From a bacterium (GTDB taxonomy: Bacteria > Patescibacteriota > Microgenomatia > UBA8517), in contig CP129472.1 of NCBI GenBank assembly GCA_030583725.1, positions 206,958-270,957 of the forward strand: 64,000 bases of DNA. The letters run 5' to 3'. Positions 19,205 through 29,267 of this stretch are shown here, piece by piece; positions within the stretch are counted from its first letter, which is position 1, and each line of letters starts with the position of its first letter. The notes under the pieces were generated by a model. It was not told the origin of the DNA and did not search any database. It saw nothing but the letters and a program-made list of their open reading frames with translations. The translations under genes were made by a program, and so were the position numbers.

Positions 19205-19941
19205 TTAAAAGATATTTTTTCAGTTTTGTTTGATATGTCTTCGCCTAAAAACATACGCGCAGTTTCCAAAAACCTCTGGTTAATATCTGTCAAATAATAG
19301 TTCTCTTTGGGGTGTTTAGTTTTTTTAACTAAATTTGAAATTTCATCTACTACTTCAACAGCTGGATCAATTAGTTTTATTGAGTTACCTAAATACTTAC
19401 CAATTTCTTTTTTTATAATTGGATAATGAGTGCAACCTAAAATTAATGTATCAACCTGATCTTTAAAATCTTTAAAATATTTATTGATAAACAAATCAAT
19501 TTCCTCACCTTTTATAAAACCTTCTTCAATTAGCGGAACAAGCATCGATGCGTGTCGCTTGATTATTGCTTCACTGTATGCCTTACTGTTAACAGTGGCT
19601 CTTGTACCTACTAACCCTATTTTATTATTCTTTGTGACCATAAGTGCTTTTTTAACGGCTGGGTCAATTACTCCAAACACTGGTACCCTTGAAGTCTTTT
19701 TTACAACACCTAGAGCTAGAGATGATACCGTGTTACAAGCCACAACAATTAACTCTACTTTCTTAGATACTAAAAACTTTGTGTCTTCTTCTGCAAATTT
19801 CTTTATTATTTCAGGGCTTCTTGTTCCGTATGGCACACGGGCTGTATCCCCTAAATATATAAATGAAATATTTGGATATTTTAATTTAAATTCTTTTACA
19901 ACCGTCAGGCCTCCAATACCTGAATCAAAGATACCGACCAT
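19201..19941 (-). CDS. murI: Glutamate racemase
   Basis: FDSGIGGLTV, ACNT, GCTHYP motifs. Confidence 0.9.
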   Translation of the reverse strand: MVGIFDSGIGGLTVVKEFKLKYPNISFIYLGDTARVPYGTRSPEIIKKFAEEDTKFLVSKKVELIVVACNTVSSLALGVVKKTSRVPVFGVIDPAVKKALMVTKNNKIGLVGTRATVNSKAYSEAIIKRHASMLVPLIEEGFIKGEEIDLFINKYFKDFKDQVDTLILGCTHYPIIKKEIGKYLGNSIKLIDPAVEVVDEISNLVKKTKHPKENYYLTDINQRFLETARMFLGEDISNKTEKISFK

Positions 19942-21158
19942 TATAGCTTTTTAACAGCCTCCTTAAATTGATTTCCCCTATCCTTGTAATCCTTAAACAT
20001 ATCAAAGGATGCTGAAGCGGGAGATAAAATAACCACACCACCTTTTGGAGTTATTTCAAATGCTTTGTCTACAATTATTTTCATATCTGAGAATTCTAAG
20101 TCAAAAATCTTTTTAGTTTTAATAAATTCCCTAATTTGATTTCTTATCTGACCTATCAATATTATATTCTTTACATTTCTTGTCTCTTCAATACACTTTC
20201 CTAATTCTTTATAATCTAAACCTTTATCACTACCGCCTAAAATTAAGGTCTCATCTTCTGTAAATGACTTTATAGCAGCAATTGTGGGTTGTGGACCTGT
20301 TGCAAATGAATCATTATAAAATCCAACCCCTTTTATTAACTTAACAAATTCCAATCTGTGTTCTAAACCTTTGAAATTTTTAACAGTTTCAATTGTTACC
20401 TCTTCATCAATGTCTAAAATTTTGGCTACGGTTACTGCTGCTGCAATATTCTCTAAATTGTGTTCACCTCGAAGGGTTAAATCTTTTTTAAATTTCTTGT
20501 CTAGTTTCTCTTTGCTAAATAAAAATACATTAGCTTTTGTCTCTTTTGCAAAACTCTTAGAAGTCTCATATTCATCGTTTACGACAGCCCAGTCAGTTGA
20601 GTTTTGGAATTTAACAATATTTTTCTTAGCATCAATATATTCCTTTTCGTCTTTGTGCCAATCCATATGATCTAATGAAATATTTAGAACAACAGATATA
20701 TGTGGTGACACACCAAGATCAATCAACTGAAAAGAGGACATTTCTAATATTACATATGATTCTTTTTTTAGCTTAGGCAATATTTCAAGTACAGGTTTAC
20801 CAATGTTACCTGCCAAATAAACATCTTTTTTAGCTTTTTTAAGTATTTCATAAATTAAGGTTGAAGTAGTACCTTTTCCTTTTGTTCCTGTAACACCAAT
20901 AATTTTAGCTGGACAATTTTCAAAAAATATTGCTGTTGGGGTGGTAATATTTTTTAAATGTTTAAGTTCTGATTTGTAAGGATATACTCCTGGGGATCTT
21001 ACAATTGAATCAAATCCATCCAACTTAGATAAATAACCTAAATCTTCATTTTGATCTAAAATAGTAACAATTGCACCTTTTGATTTTAAGAATTTTTCAG
21101 CGTCAACTCCTTCTATACCTCGTCCTAAAATTGCAATCTTTCTACCTTGATATTTCAT
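19941..21158 (-). CDS. murD: UDP-N-acetylmuramoylalanine--D-glutamate ligase
   Basis: N-terminal Rossmann GRGIEG, GVTGTKGKGTTS P-loop. Confidence 0.85.
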   Translation of the reverse strand: MKYQGRKIAILGRGIEGVDAEKFLKSKGAIVTILDQNEDLGYLSKLDGFDSIVRSPGVYPYKSELKHLKNITTPTAIFFENCPAKIIGVTGTKGKGTTSTLIYEILKKAKKDVYLAGNIGKPVLEILPKLKKESYVILEMSSFQLIDLGVSPHISVVLNISLDHMDWHKDEKEYIDAKKNIVKFQNSTDWAVVNDEYETSKSFAKETKANVFLFSKEKLDKKFKKDLTLRGEHNLENIAAAVTVAKILDIDEEVTIETVKNFKGLEHRLEFVKLIKGVGFYNDSFATGPQPTIAAIKSFTEDETLILGGSDKGLDYKELGKCIEETRNVKNIILIGQIRNQIREFIKTKKIFDLEFSDMKIIVDKAFEITPKGGVVILSPASASFDMFKDYKDRGNQFKEAVKKL

Positions 21159-21964
21159 TTTAAATAGTTCTTTCCTGTGATTATACTTTTACCGATTTCT
21201 TTTTCTGTCTCAATTCTAGCTTTACCAGCAACTGATCCGCCGCGAGTTGCAACTTTTTTATTTTGAGTAAAACCTGAAGGTTTTTCATTAGTGGAAATCT
21301 CTGTAGTTACTCGTTCACCCAGCATTGTGAAAATAAGCTCCAAGTCTGTCATATTGTCTCTCAAATTTATTTTTGATCTGTTAGGAATTTTTTTAAGTTT
21401 CTTGTACTGGCTCGGGGTCATGCCGAAAGTTGCTTTACTTATCTCGGCCGTCAGGATTGCATAGTCAACTTTATTCTTAATCCCTCTTTCCTTCCATTCA
21501 TCAGTTAGTCCTTGTCTTATTGCAATCCCACGAAGCCTTTTATCAATCCAGTCCCTTGGATAGCCCTTTTTTTCATAAAGACTTTTCATTCGTTCTTGAG
21601 CAAGTTCAGGGTCTTCAATTTCATCAAGTCTTTCTTTACCCACTTGTGCAAGCCACAATTTAAAAGGTTCAGCTTTAGGTGAAGGAATTGATTGGATTAT
21701 CCTAAGTAACTCTGTAGTTGATCCAGCCAAAAGACTTCTCTTTTTTTTATTTGAGTCTTGCATTACTACATAGGGACAATTTGTCCCCATGTAAGTAGCT
21801 AAAATGTTGTCTCTTTTTCTTAACTTTTTAAGATAGTCTGTAGCATTAACACTGTCAGTTAAAACTTCAACCACATCGACTATTGAAAAGTACCATTTGT
21901 TCTTATACCACTCGCGTCGAATTTGTTTATTTTGAAAAATCACTAAACTATTTTCTTTTGTCAT
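21155..21964 (-). CDS. Bro-N domain / DinD-like (DNA-damage-inducible protein D family) protein
   Basis: N-terminal SLVIFQNKQIRREW..WYFSIVDVVEVL Bro-N-like block plus DinD/RhuM-like C-terminal region; 4-nt overlaps with both murC/B and murD. Confidence 0.55.
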   Translation of the reverse strand: MTKENSLVIFQNKQIRREWYKNKWYFSIVDVVEVLTDSVNATDYLKKLRKRDNILATYMGTNCPYVVMQDSNKKKRSLLAGSTTELLRIIQSIPSPKAEPFKLWLAQVGKERLDEIEDPELAQERMKSLYEKKGYPRDWIDKRLRGIAIRQGLTDEWKERGIKNKVDYAILTAEISKATFGMTPSQYKKLKKIPNRSKINLRDNMTDLELIFTMLGERVTTEISTNEKPSGFTQNKKVATRGGSVAGKARIETEKEIGKSIITGKNYLK

Positions 21965-24096
21965 ATATTTATATATTGTACTTCTGGTTCTAAAGTTATA
22001 CCAAACTTATCTTTAACATCGTTAGTTATTGCATCTGCCAATTTTTTAATGTCTTTAAAAGTTCCTTTGCCTTCAGGGTTAGTCAATATTAAAGCATGTT
22101 TATCAGAAACTTTAACAGGCCCTAAACTTTTACCTTTCCAACCAGCTTTTTCAATTAAATAACCTGCAAATACTTTTCCACTTAAGGTGGACCCGCCTTG
22201 GGCGGTATAATCATATATTTTAATATCTGAAAATTCTTTTTCTAATCTAGTTTTTGTTTCTAGGTCTACAATAGGATTTTTAAAAAATGATCCAGCATTT
22301 GGGACCACGTTTGGATCTTCTAATTTTTCACTTCTGACTCTTAAGATTTCATTTCTGATTGTAAGTATTTCAAGGTCTTTATCTTCATATTTTGAAAGTT
22401 TTAAAGTGATGTCTGTTATTACAAACTTCTGCCAGTATTCTTTTGTTTTAAAAATACTTTCCCTGTAACCAAACTTGCAGTCTTTTTTGTTAAATGTCAC
22501 AAATTCTTCTTTTTCAAGGTCGTAGGCTGTTAAAGATTCAAATGTGTCGGATAATTCCTGACCGTATGCGCCAATATTTTGTATTGGTGACCCGCCAACT
22601 GTTCCAGGAATCCCAGACAGACATTCAATACCAGACAAGTTTTTAAGTACTGTTTCTTCTACCAAATTATCCCATCCCAACCCCGCTTCAGCAGTTACTG
22701 TATTACCATCATAAGTAACGTTTTCACCTGTGTACTTAATAACAACTCCTTCAAAACTTTTGTCAGATACTGCTATGTCACTACCCCCACCTAGTATAAA
22801 AATTTCTAAATTGTTTTTCTTTGCAAATTTTATTCTTTCCCTTAATTCTTCTTTATTTTTAACTTCAAAATAATGCTTTACTTTTCCCCCAACTTTTAAT
22901 GTTGTTAAATCTCTAAAACTTACTCCATCAACTATTTTAGATATTTCTTTTGCCCAATGGTTACTGTCTCCCGCACCCATAACAACAATCACATCATAGC
23001 CATCAACAACTGAGTTCCAGTTAAGATCGTCAATTGACTTTATGTTTTTATGTCCAGATATATTAACAATATCGTTTGGTGAAATGGAGCTATCAACTTT
23101 ATCTCTAGCTTTAAAAATTGGGCCAACTACTACCCCATCAACTGCATCGAAAACATTTTTATAAAGTGATAACAAAGTCTTGGTTCTTTTATATCCATGG
23201 GGTTCGACAACTGCCAATATTTTTTTACCACGCAGTGGCAAGCTTTGCTTATTTGGATATTTTTCTCTTAGTCCCTCTAATGTAGTTTTTATAGCTGTTG
23301 GATGATGGGCGTAATCATCAAAAACATGGTCTGATATTTGTTCCATTCTTCGTCCAATGCCTTTAAAGCTTTCAATTGATTTAATTATGTCCTGATCATT
23401 TATTCCCAACGTCTTTCCAAGAAGATAGGCCATATTAGCATTTTTTTGATTATGCTCTCCCATAACTTGTAGGTTAAACTTTTTGTCTAAACTATCAATT
23501 TCAGAGATTAATTTACCACCTTTTTTTAGATTTTGAATAAATTTATTAAAACTGTCTTGAATATGTTTTTCGTCTTTAAAGTAGTCGGGGTGATCAAACT
23601 CAACATTATTTAAAATAATTATATCTGGCTTGTAATTCAAGAAATTATCATTGAATTCATCAGCCTCTATAACAAAATACTTACCTTTTCCAAACCTTGA
23701 ATTCCCACCCCACTCAGGTACCGTAGCACCCAATAAAACAGTTGGATCAAATCCTGAATCTTCCAAGAGTTTCCCCACAAAAGCAGTAGTTGTTGACTTT
23801 CCATGTGTACCTGCAACAGCAATTACTATTTTATCTTTTGATAGGTATGTGCCTACAAACTCTTCCCAAGTTAGGACAATACCTTTTTTTTGAGCTTCAA
23901 CAAGCTCTGGGTGTTTTTTAGACTGATATAAAACTGCAGGAGAAACTACTAGTAGGTCAATACCTTCAAGATGTTTTTGACTGTGCCCAGTTGTTTTTAA
24001 GTCACAACCAGTTACTTGATAGCCATTTTTTAAAGCTAGATCGTAAACTCCAGACATTCCACTGCCTGAAACCCCCATTAGATGGATTTTTAACAT
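21961..24096 (-). CDS. murC: Bifunctional MurC-MurB fusion (UDP-MurNAc--L-Ala ligase fused to UDP-GlcNAc-enolpyruvate reductase)
   Basis: N-terminus [25 protein letters not shown] (MurC); residues from about 395 on are a MurB FAD-binding domain ([26 protein letters not shown]). Confidence 0.8.
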   Translation of the reverse strand: MLKIHLMGVSGSGMSGVYDLALKNGYQVTGCDLKTTGHSQKHLEGIDLLVVSPAVLYQSKKHPELVEAQKKGIVLTWEEFVGTYLSKDKIVIAVAGTHGKSTTTAFVGKLLEDSGFDPTVLLGATVPEWGGNSRFGKGKYFVIEADEFNDNFLNYKPDIIILNNVEFDHPDYFKDEKHIQDSFNKFIQNLKKGGKLISEIDSLDKKFNLQVMGEHNQKNANMAYLLGKTLGINDQDIIKSIESFKGIGRRMEQISDHVFDDYAHHPTAIKTTLEGLREKYPNKQSLPLRGKKILAVVEPHGYKRTKTLLSLYKNVFDAVDGVVVGPIFKARDKVDSSISPNDIVNISGHKNIKSIDDLNWNSVVDGYDVIVVMGAGDSNHWAKEISKIVDGVSFRDLTTLKVGGKVKHYFEVKNKEELRERIKFAKKNNLEIFILGGGSDIAVSDKSFEGVVIKYTGENVTYDGNTVTAEAGLGWDNLVEETVLKNLSGIECLSGIPGTVGGSPIQNIGAYGQELSDTFESLTAYDLEKEEFVTFNKKDCKFGYRESIFKTKEYWQKFVITDITLKLSKYEDKDLEILTIRNEILRVRSEKLEDPNVVPNAGSFFKNPIVDLETKTRLEKEFSDIKIYDYTAQGGSTLSGKVFAGYLIEKAGWKGKSLGPVKVSDKHALILTNPEGKGTFKDIKKLADAITNDVKDKFGITLEPEVQYINI

Positions 24097-24136
24097 ATCT
24101 TTACTGTATTATACTTTATATTGGTATAATTCTCAT

Positions 24137-25306
24137 ATGGATTGGATTATAAAAGAAGTTAAAAAATTAAAAGACCAAAATCTTTATAACAATATTCTCA
24201 CTCTAGAAAGTGCTGTAGACGGAATAGTTACTATTAATGGTAATAAATACTTAAATTTTTGTTCAAACAACTACCTTGGACTTGCAAATAATCCAAAGCT
24301 CAAGTCAGAAAGTATTAATGCAATTAAAAAATACGGTATTGGACCGGCAGCTGTTAGAACCATTGCAGGCACAACATCACTGCATAATATCTTAGAAAGA
24401 GAGCTTGCAAAGTTTAAAAAAGTTGAGTCTGTAATTACTTTCCAGTCTGGTTTTGTAGCAAACCTTGCTGTAATACCTGCGATAGTTGGCGAAAACGATT
24501 TAATCTTTTCAGATGAGTTAAATCATGCAAGTATTATTGATGGTTGCAGACTAAGTAAAGCTCAGGTTATAAGATATGCACATTTAGATATTAAAGACCT
24601 AGAGAAGAAATTAAAAAATTCTCCTAATAATATTAAGAAATTGGTTATTACAGACGGCATATTTAGTATGGATGGCGACGTTGCCCCACTTGATCAAATT
24701 TACGTAGTAACCAGTAAGTATAAGGCAATATTAATGGTTGACGACGCACATGGCGAGGGGGTACTTGGATCAAATGGTCGAGGAATAGTTGATCACTTTA
24801 ATCTTCATGGAAAAGTTGATATTGAAGTGGGAACAATGAGTAAAGCTTTAGGAGTTGTAGGTGGAATGGTTGCAGGTAAAAAAGAATTGATTGAATGGTT
24901 AACCCAGCGAGCAAGACCTTTTTTATTTAGTAGCGCAATGACAATTCCAGACGTAGCTGCCTGTATTGCGTCAGTCAAGTTATTATCAAAATCTGACAAA
25001 CTAGTCAAAAAACTATGGTCAAACACAGAATACCTTAAAAAGGGATTAAAGAATATAGGTTTTGATATTGGAAATAGTAAATCTCCTATTATTCCTTTAA
25101 TGTTGGGGGATTCTAAAAAAGCACAGGATATGAGCAAGGAATTATTCAATAACGGTCTATTTGCCAAAGCAATAGTATTCCCTACTGTTCCTCAAGGAAA
25201 GGCAAGAATTAGAATTATGAATTCTGCAGCCCACACTAAAAAGGATTTAGATCGAGCCCTACAGATTTTTAAAAAAGTTTATATAGAATTCTCATGCGTC
25301 AAATAA
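24137..25306 (+). CDS. kbl: 2-amino-3-ketobutyrate CoA ligase / glycine C-acetyltransferase (alpha-oxoamine synthase family)
   Basis: [13 protein letters not shown] (PLP Lys), alpha-oxoamine synthase architecture. Confidence 0.75.
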   Translation: MDWIIKEVKKLKDQNLYNNILTLESAVDGIVTINGNKYLNFCSNNYLGLANNPKLKSESINAIKKYGIGPAAVRTIAGTTSLHNILERELAKFKKVESVITFQSGFVANLAVIPAIVGENDLIFSDELNHASIIDGCRLSKAQVIRYAHLDIKDLEKKLKNSPNNIKKLVITDGIFSMDGDVAPLDQIYVVTSKYKAILMVDDAHGEGVLGSNGRGIVDHFNLHGKVDIEVGTMSKALGVVGGMVAGKKELIEWLTQRARPFLFSSAMTIPDVAACIASVKLLSKSDKLVKKLWSNTEYLKKGLKNIGFDIGNSKSPIIPLMLGDSKKAQDMSKELFNNGLFAKAIVFPTVPQGKARIRIMNSAAHTKKDLDRALQIFKKVYIEFSCVK

Positions 25307-26271
25307 AGAAAAGTGAAAAAGTTCTAATAACTGGTGTTTCAGGAGAAGTTGGATATGGTTTAGTTAAAAAACTTTTTGAGTCTAAAAAATACAATATAAT
25401 CGCAGTTGACATAAAAACTCCTGAACAAGACATTATTAAAAATACACACAAATTTATAAAAAGTGACATTTTAGATTTTAAAATACTAGAAAGCATTTTT
25501 AAAAATAATGACATTGATACAGTGATTCATCTCGCATCAATTCTCTCAACTGGTGGAGAGAAAAATCCAGAACTAGCATCTGACATAAATATAATGGGGA
25601 CTCTAAATCTATTTAAACTTGCTACTAAATATTCAATCAAAAATAAAAAATCTATTAAATTTATATTTCCAAGTTCAATTGCAGCACATGGTGACCCGAT
25701 TACGATTTATGGTATTTCAAAGCAGGCCTGTGAAAAAATAGGTGTTTACTATTCAAAACGTTATAAATTATTAGACGTGGAAATTGATAGAAAAAACTTG
25801 ATAGATTTTAGATGTGTTAGGTTTCCAGGTTTACTATCTCCTGACACCCTCCCATCCGGAGGTACTAGTGATTATGGCTCCGAAATGCTTCATTCTGCAG
25901 CACAAAAGAAAAAATACTTTTGTTTTGTTAGACCCAACACAACTATTCCTTTTATGGCGATGGATGACGCCGTCACAATCTTATACCAACTCTTAACTAC
26001 GGAGAAGGAAAAATTAACACAAAACATATATGAAGTTTCTGGATTTTCAGTTTCAGCAAAAGATATCGAAAAAAAGACCGCGCAGGCCTTCCCAGATGCA
26101 AAGATTATTTACAGAATAAACCCAGAAAGACAAAAGATTGTAGATAGCTGGCCAAAAAGAGTGGGGTCAAAAGAAGCAATTTCTGATTGGGGTTACAGCT
26201 TGAAATATGATTTTGAAAAAACTTTTTCTAAATATTTAATTCCAAAAATTAGTAAAAAATACGAAAGGTAA
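25294..26271 (+). CDS. tdh: NAD-dependent epimerase/dehydratase-fold L-threonine 3-dehydrogenase (SDR type)
   Basis: ITGVSGEVG Rossmann motif, YGISK catalytic motif; operonic with kbl (13-nt overlap). Confidence 0.6.
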   Translation: MRQIKKSEKVLITGVSGEVGYGLVKKLFESKKYNIIAVDIKTPEQDIIKNTHKFIKSDILDFKILESIFKNNDIDTVIHLASILSTGGEKNPELASDINIMGTLNLFKLATKYSIKNKKSIKFIFPSSIAAHGDPITIYGISKQACEKIGVYYSKRYKLLDVEIDRKNLIDFRCVRFPGLLSPDTLPSGGTSDYGSEMLHSAAQKKKYFCFVRPNTTIPFMAMDDAVTILYQLLTTEKEKLTQNIYEVSGFSVSAKDIEKKTAQAFPDAKIIYRINPERQKIVDSWPKRVGSKEAISDWGYSLKYDFEKTFSKYLIPKISKKYER

Positions 26272-26274
26272 TTT

Positions 26275-27276
26275 TTACAAATCCAAAATAGCAGTTGCAA
26301 GTTTGTTTGGGTCATGACGCAATAAATGTTCTCTTTTAAGATAAACTGAAAAAGGCTTGCTGACTACTTTAATATTTGGCTCTAGTTTCTTAATTGCTTC
26401 GTGATCAATTTCCACCAAACTTTGACCTTCGTCTTTATATATTTGTAAAATCTCAGGGTCAAGATGGTTTCGATTTACCAATAAATAATTAATTCTGTTT
26501 GGTAAATCTAAATAGAACTGTATTGTTTTTAGAAAGTCGGAAGCTTTATATCTATCTGTTTCCCCAGGTTTTGTCATTAAATTTAAAACAACAATCAACT
26601 TAGCTTTTGACTCAGAAATTGCTTCTCTAACACCAGATACTAACAAATGAGGTAATACACTTGTATATAAGTCGCCTTGAGAAAAAATTATCTTATCAGC
26701 ATTTTTAATTTCATCTACCAAATCAGGGTTAATATCAGCACTAGAGTCAAAGTATATTCTGCTTATTTTATCATTATGATCATACTCTTTACTCTCAACT
26801 CTTAAGTCAATATTTGTTTCGCCGACAATTTTATTACCTTTTTTTGTTTCAGCAACAAGTTCCACTTTCGACATACTTACAGGCATAACTTTGGCCTTTA
26901 CGTTAAATAAATCGCATTCTGCCTTAATACCTCTGTCTTGCCCACTATATAAGTTATCAAGTCTAGCTGTAAGTAGATTTCCAAAAGAATGCCCCTTCAA
27001 TGGCCCACTCATGTCTTCTAATCTATCGTCAAACAGCTTTTGAGCCACTTTACGTTGTTTTTCATTAACCATTAGAGCCAAAACACATCTTCTGATATCC
27101 CCGGGCGGCAAAACACCGATCTCAGTTCTTAGCCTACCAGAACTTCCTCCACTGTCCCAAGTCCCAGCAACTGCAACAAGTAACTCATTTTGATTTAATT
27201 CACGAAGACCTGACAAAAGGTGAAACTGTCCTGTGCCACCGCCAAAGGTGACAATTCTTTGTTTAGATTTAACCAT
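26275..27276 (-). CDS. yvcK: YvcK/GlmR (CofD-like, UPF0052) family protein
   Basis: FGGGTG and DSGGSSGRLR..PPGDIRRC blocks. Confidence 0.75.
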   Translation of the reverse strand: MVKSKQRIVTFGGGTGQFHLLSGLRELNQNELLVAVAGTWDSGGSSGRLRTEIGVLPPGDIRRCVLALMVNEKQRKVAQKLFDDRLEDMSGPLKGHSFGNLLTARLDNLYSGQDRGIKAECDLFNVKAKVMPVSMSKVELVAETKKGNKIVGETNIDLRVESKEYDHNDKISRIYFDSSADINPDLVDEIKNADKIIFSQGDLYTSVLPHLLVSGVREAISESKAKLIVVLNLMTKPGETDRYKASDFLKTIQFYLDLPNRINYLLVNRNHLDPEILQIYKDEGQSLVEIDHEAIKKLEPNIKVVSKPFSVYLKREHLLRHDPNKLATAILDL

Positions 27277-29234
27277 TATAAGTTTTTAAGCCTGTCTATC
27301 ATTTTGACGTTGGCTTCTTCTAGTTGCTCTGGAGTATTTATTCCTTGCCACTCGCTTGCGTCAGGAAGCGTGTAAACCGATACTTTATCATTATTTTTTA
27401 ACGCAATTTTAATTAAATCAGGTAAGTAATATTCTTTGGCAATTTTATTTTTGGTGATATTGAAAATGTTTTTGGTAATCCATTTATAGTCAAAAATATA
27501 CAGTCCGTCATTAACTTCCTTAATTTTCTTTTGTTTGTCAGTTGTGTTTTTGTCTTCAACTATGGCTATTAATTTTCCCTTACTGTTTCTTACCACCCTA
27601 CCCAAACCAGTAGGGTCGTTTTGGATTAAACTCACAAAAGTCAATGTAGATTTATCTTTAATATGTATTTCAACAACTTTTTTGATAGTTTCTGGCTTAT
27701 AAAAAGCGCTGTCATCACCATTTATAACTAACAAGTGTTTTGTGTTTGAAGGAATTTTAGGAAATGCATTTAAGACTGCGTTGCCAGTTCCTAGTTGTTT
27801 TGGTTGAATTGCATAATTTAAATTTTCTGATAGATATCTCAACAACATACTATTCTTGTACCCAAAAACTGGAACAATGTTTTTAATTCCAGCTTTTCTT
27901 AGATTCTCCAATGGGTAGGCAATAATTGGGCGACCAGCAATAAGGTGGAGTGGTTTTGGTAAACTTGATTGCATTCTTTTACCCTTACCCCCTGCCAAAA
28001 TAACACCAGTTATATCTTGGTATCCGTTAAGCTGGGATACTATAATGTCTTGATCACTCCAAGGGTGCTCATTTATGCCGTCGTAACACATAGACTTTTC
28101 ATGACCTTTACCAAAAATTCCAATGACATCTCCCCTTCTTGCCTTTGACAGTGCATACGAAATTGCTTCGCCACGTTCAGAAATTGTAAGCCAGTTATTA
28201 TTTACTGCACCTTTTTTCATTTGTTTAAAAATATTTAATACGTTTTCACTTCTCGGATCTTCTGCAGTGAAAATTGACATATCAGCAAGCGTTGTTGAAA
28301 TTTTTGACATTTTTGACCTCTTTTTAGTATCTCTTTCTCCTGCACAACCAAAGATAGAAATAAGTCTACCTTTTGTAATTGATTTTAAATATTTTAAGGC
28401 AACTTCAAGTGATTCGGGAGTATGAGCAAAATCAACAAAAACACGAAAACTATTCTCGCTTTTTTTGTCTGCAGTTGGATATATTTCTTCTAATCTACCG
28501 CTCGGTAGTTTAAATGTTGTTAATGCCTTAATTGCTTTATCCTTTTTAACCCCTAACTCCTCAGTCACCCTTATTGCGGCTTCTGCGTTTAGGTTATTAA
28601 ACTCTCCTTTTAATATATTAAGTTTGGTTGTTTTAGGACTAATAACTCTAAATTGAGCTGAATTAACAAACATCATCTTTACTCTTTTGTATTCTTTATA
28701 TGTCTTATGATAATCCAAGTGTTCTGGAGCTATATTTGTTAAAACTGAAATATCAAACTTAATTCCAGAAATTCTACCTTGATCAATACCATGTGAACTA
28801 ACTTCAAGAACAACATACTCTAAACCCTGTTTGACCATTCTAGATAATTCTTCATTTAGTGTGATAATGTCAGGAGCGGTTGTATGAAAACCCTGAGTAG
28901 AAATTGTCGAGATTAAACCTGCCTTTTTACCACTGCTTTTCAAAATATGGTGGATAAGGTGGCAAGTTGTAGTTTTTCCCTTGGTGCCAGTTACGCCTAT
29001 TACTTTTAGTTTTGAACTTGGATCTTTATAATAATCTTTACACAATTCACCAAGTTTTGCTCTTGAGTCTGGAACTCTTACATATTTTGGGTTTTTAATA
29101 TCCTTTTGGCCATAGACCACACTTGCACCTTTTTTAATAACCTCATCTATATAATCATGGCCATCAACAGTTAAGCCTTTGATAGCGACAAAAATATCTC
29201 CTTTTTTTATTTTTCTTGAGTCAAATTGAATCAT
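27276..29234 (-). CDS. murE: MurE-family ligase fused to a C-terminal sugar-1-phosphate nucleotidyltransferase domain (GlmU-N/MurU-like)
   Basis: Residues 1 to about 400: DSRKIKKGDIFVA..GVTGTKGKTTT (MurE). Residues about 405 to 652: LAGGKGKRM..PKPLH..GRPI..INGDD NTP-transferase fold. Confidence 0.75.
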   Translation of the reverse strand: MIQFDSRKIKKGDIFVAIKGLTVDGHDYIDEVIKKGASVVYGQKDIKNPKYVRVPDSRAKLGELCKDYYKDPSSKLKVIGVTGTKGKTTTCHLIHHILKSSGKKAGLISTISTQGFHTTAPDIITLNEELSRMVKQGLEYVVLEVSSHGIDQGRISGIKFDISVLTNIAPEHLDYHKTYKEYKRVKMMFVNSAQFRVISPKTTKLNILKGEFNNLNAEAAIRVTEELGVKKDKAIKALTTFKLPSGRLEEIYPTADKKSENSFRVFVDFAHTPESLEVALKYLKSITKGRLISIFGCAGERDTKKRSKMSKISTTLADMSIFTAEDPRSENVLNIFKQMKKGAVNNNWLTISERGEAISYALSKARRGDVIGIFGKGHEKSMCYDGINEHPWSDQDIIVSQLNGYQDITGVILAGGKGKRMQSSLPKPLHLIAGRPIIAYPLENLRKAGIKNIVPVFGYKNSMLLRYLSENLNYAIQPKQLGTGNAVLNAFPKIPSNTKHLLVINGDDSAFYKPETIKKVVEIHIKDKSTLTFVSLIQNDPTGLGRVVRNSKGKLIAIVEDKNTTDKQKKIKEVNDGLYIFDYKWITKNIFNITKNKIAKEYYLPDLIKIALKNNDKVSVYTLPDASEWQGINTPEQLEEANVKMIDRLKNL

Positions 29235-29267
29235 TATTTAATCTATTTTTTTCAAAAAAATTTAAAG

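Noticed and set aside
21155-21964. Bro-N/DinD-like gene as evidence of a prophage
   Set aside because: No integrase, capsid, terminase or att-like repeats are nearby. The gene is translationally coupled to mur genes, so it is treated as a domesticated or regulatory gene rather than a prophage remnant.
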